In this document: in pieces, positions 62,761 to 64,000 of the stretch | Layout: every line of letters starts with the position of its first letter | Position numbering within the stretch: the first letter of the stretch is position 1 | Assembly (NCBI GenBank): GCA_011109175.1 | Contig: RDEW01000061.1 | Coordinates: 186,001 to 250,000, forward strand | DNA length: 64,000 nt | Direction: 5' to 3' | DNA from: Dicyema japonicum | Lineage: Eukaryota > Animalia > Dicyemida | The notes under the pieces: generated by a model | Told to the model about the DNA's origin: nothing | Databases searched by the model: none | The model's input: the letters and a program-made list of their open reading frames with translations, nothing else | Made by a program: the position numbers and the translations under genes

Positions 62761-64000
62761 TATTAGTAGCGTCAAGCATTAGCTACAAGACGTCTGAAAA
62801 CGGCCTGCCTCTTACAAAGTAGCGATGATTGGAAACAAATTTAATGACTATGAGCGCAGAATAATCACCATGAATACTCTCAAATAGAAAACTGACTAGC
62901 TCTGTTTCCGGACTGGCTTTGAAGGGCGAACATTACCAAAAGAACTCAGTAAAATATTTGATTTTGAATTTCTGAAAACGCTAACTAATTTCATTTCATC
63001 TTTACAAAACTGAATTTTGCACAAATACTCTTGGAAACATTACAAAGGAGCTTTGTATGACAATATAACACTGTACACAGAACATTGAGCTAATCACCAA
63101 TTACGATTGTGTTGCTTTTGGAACAAACTTACTTAGGTCGTGACTAGGATCACTCCTCTCATGTCGACAGAAAATTCGACAGTCTTTCATCCATAGTAAA
63201 AAATCTCATGTCAGTCGAATCTATCGAAAGTGTATTGGATCTTGATGAAAATACTACTAAGAGAGTCTGAATCAAGTTTCTTTTATATCTATCTCATTGC
63301 ATTGATAGAATTTTTTAAAACGTACTTTGAAAATATACATCCAGCAGTTTTATGGAAAGAAACAATGAATATTCCATAAATATTGCATTGAACATTATCG
63401 GAACCATCCATAAACAGAAATCAAATGTCACTAAAAAATTAAAAAAACTATCTATCCAACAGAATGAGTTGTACCTTAAAAAAGTTGTTAACATTTGAAA
63501 TCTGTTACTTGCAGATATTTAAAAAAACTACCAAAATCAGCAAAAAGATTAAAAAATCGGATAATGGTGAATAAAATTGAAAAATACAAAAATTATGCGA
63601 GAATTTACATAGCAATATGCTTACTTAACAAAAACAATGTCTTCAAGAACGTTACAGTTCTCGACGAGAAAAAATAATAGTTATGAGTAGGAATGAGAAA
63701 GTGGAGATTTTTCAACACACTTCAAAAGATTATTATTTTATGTGAATCTGAGGATTAAGTTTATGATAAAAGTCACACTATCAGTCTAAGAAGTGATAAC
63801 AACGCGGGAAACTTAATACAAGAAATCTCAAACAACAAAGGTTAATAATATAAAATCGTCACGCCCCTATATATTAACAACATACAAGCTGCATATTGAA
63901 GATCTTCTTTTTAATCTTTTCTGAAGTATTTTTGAAAATTTTGAATCACTTTATGGGACTCTAATAATCTCTTTATCTGATAAAAAATTTCTTTGGTCAA

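Noticed and set aside
62830-64000. Possible coiled-coil gene at the window end
   Set aside because: Multiple stops in all frames and no recognisable motif; needs RNA-seq.

Overview
AT-rich eukaryotic, most likely metazoan, DNA. About 9 compact protein-coding genes are interrupted by very short GT-AG introns, mostly 21-26 nt. Among animals this intron size is characteristic of dicyemid mesozoans; that assignment is inference. Recognisable genes are PUS1/TruA, HSPBAP1 (JmjC), TBCE, a minimal TSEN54, a WD40 protein, SRA1, a neurogenin-like bHLH, an exportin-5-like gene and NIFK/Nop15. The window also holds tRNA-Cys(GCA), a ~1.9-kb-unit 5S rDNA tandem array with a scaffold gap, and two dispersed, rearranged 5S units, one of which has captured a 175-bp intron-containing piece of HSPBAP1. 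Much of the rest is transposon debris: a near-complete RTE with a 16-bp TSD, several other LINE families, CRE-like RLE remnants, hAT elements (one nested in a LINE with TIRs and TSD), a tRNA-derived SINE family and a structured 44-bp minisatellite. The most promising leads are a candidate spliced-leader RNA or Helitron-like end in the 5S spacer, gene-fragment capture by a 5S unit, apparent non-canonical micro-introns, and an inverted repeat carrying RFX X-boxes. Several conserved genes have single-base homopolymer indels, so assembly errors are likely and temper all frameshift and splice claims. All identifications come from manual translation and remembered family motifs, not database searches; TE remnant boundaries are approximate.
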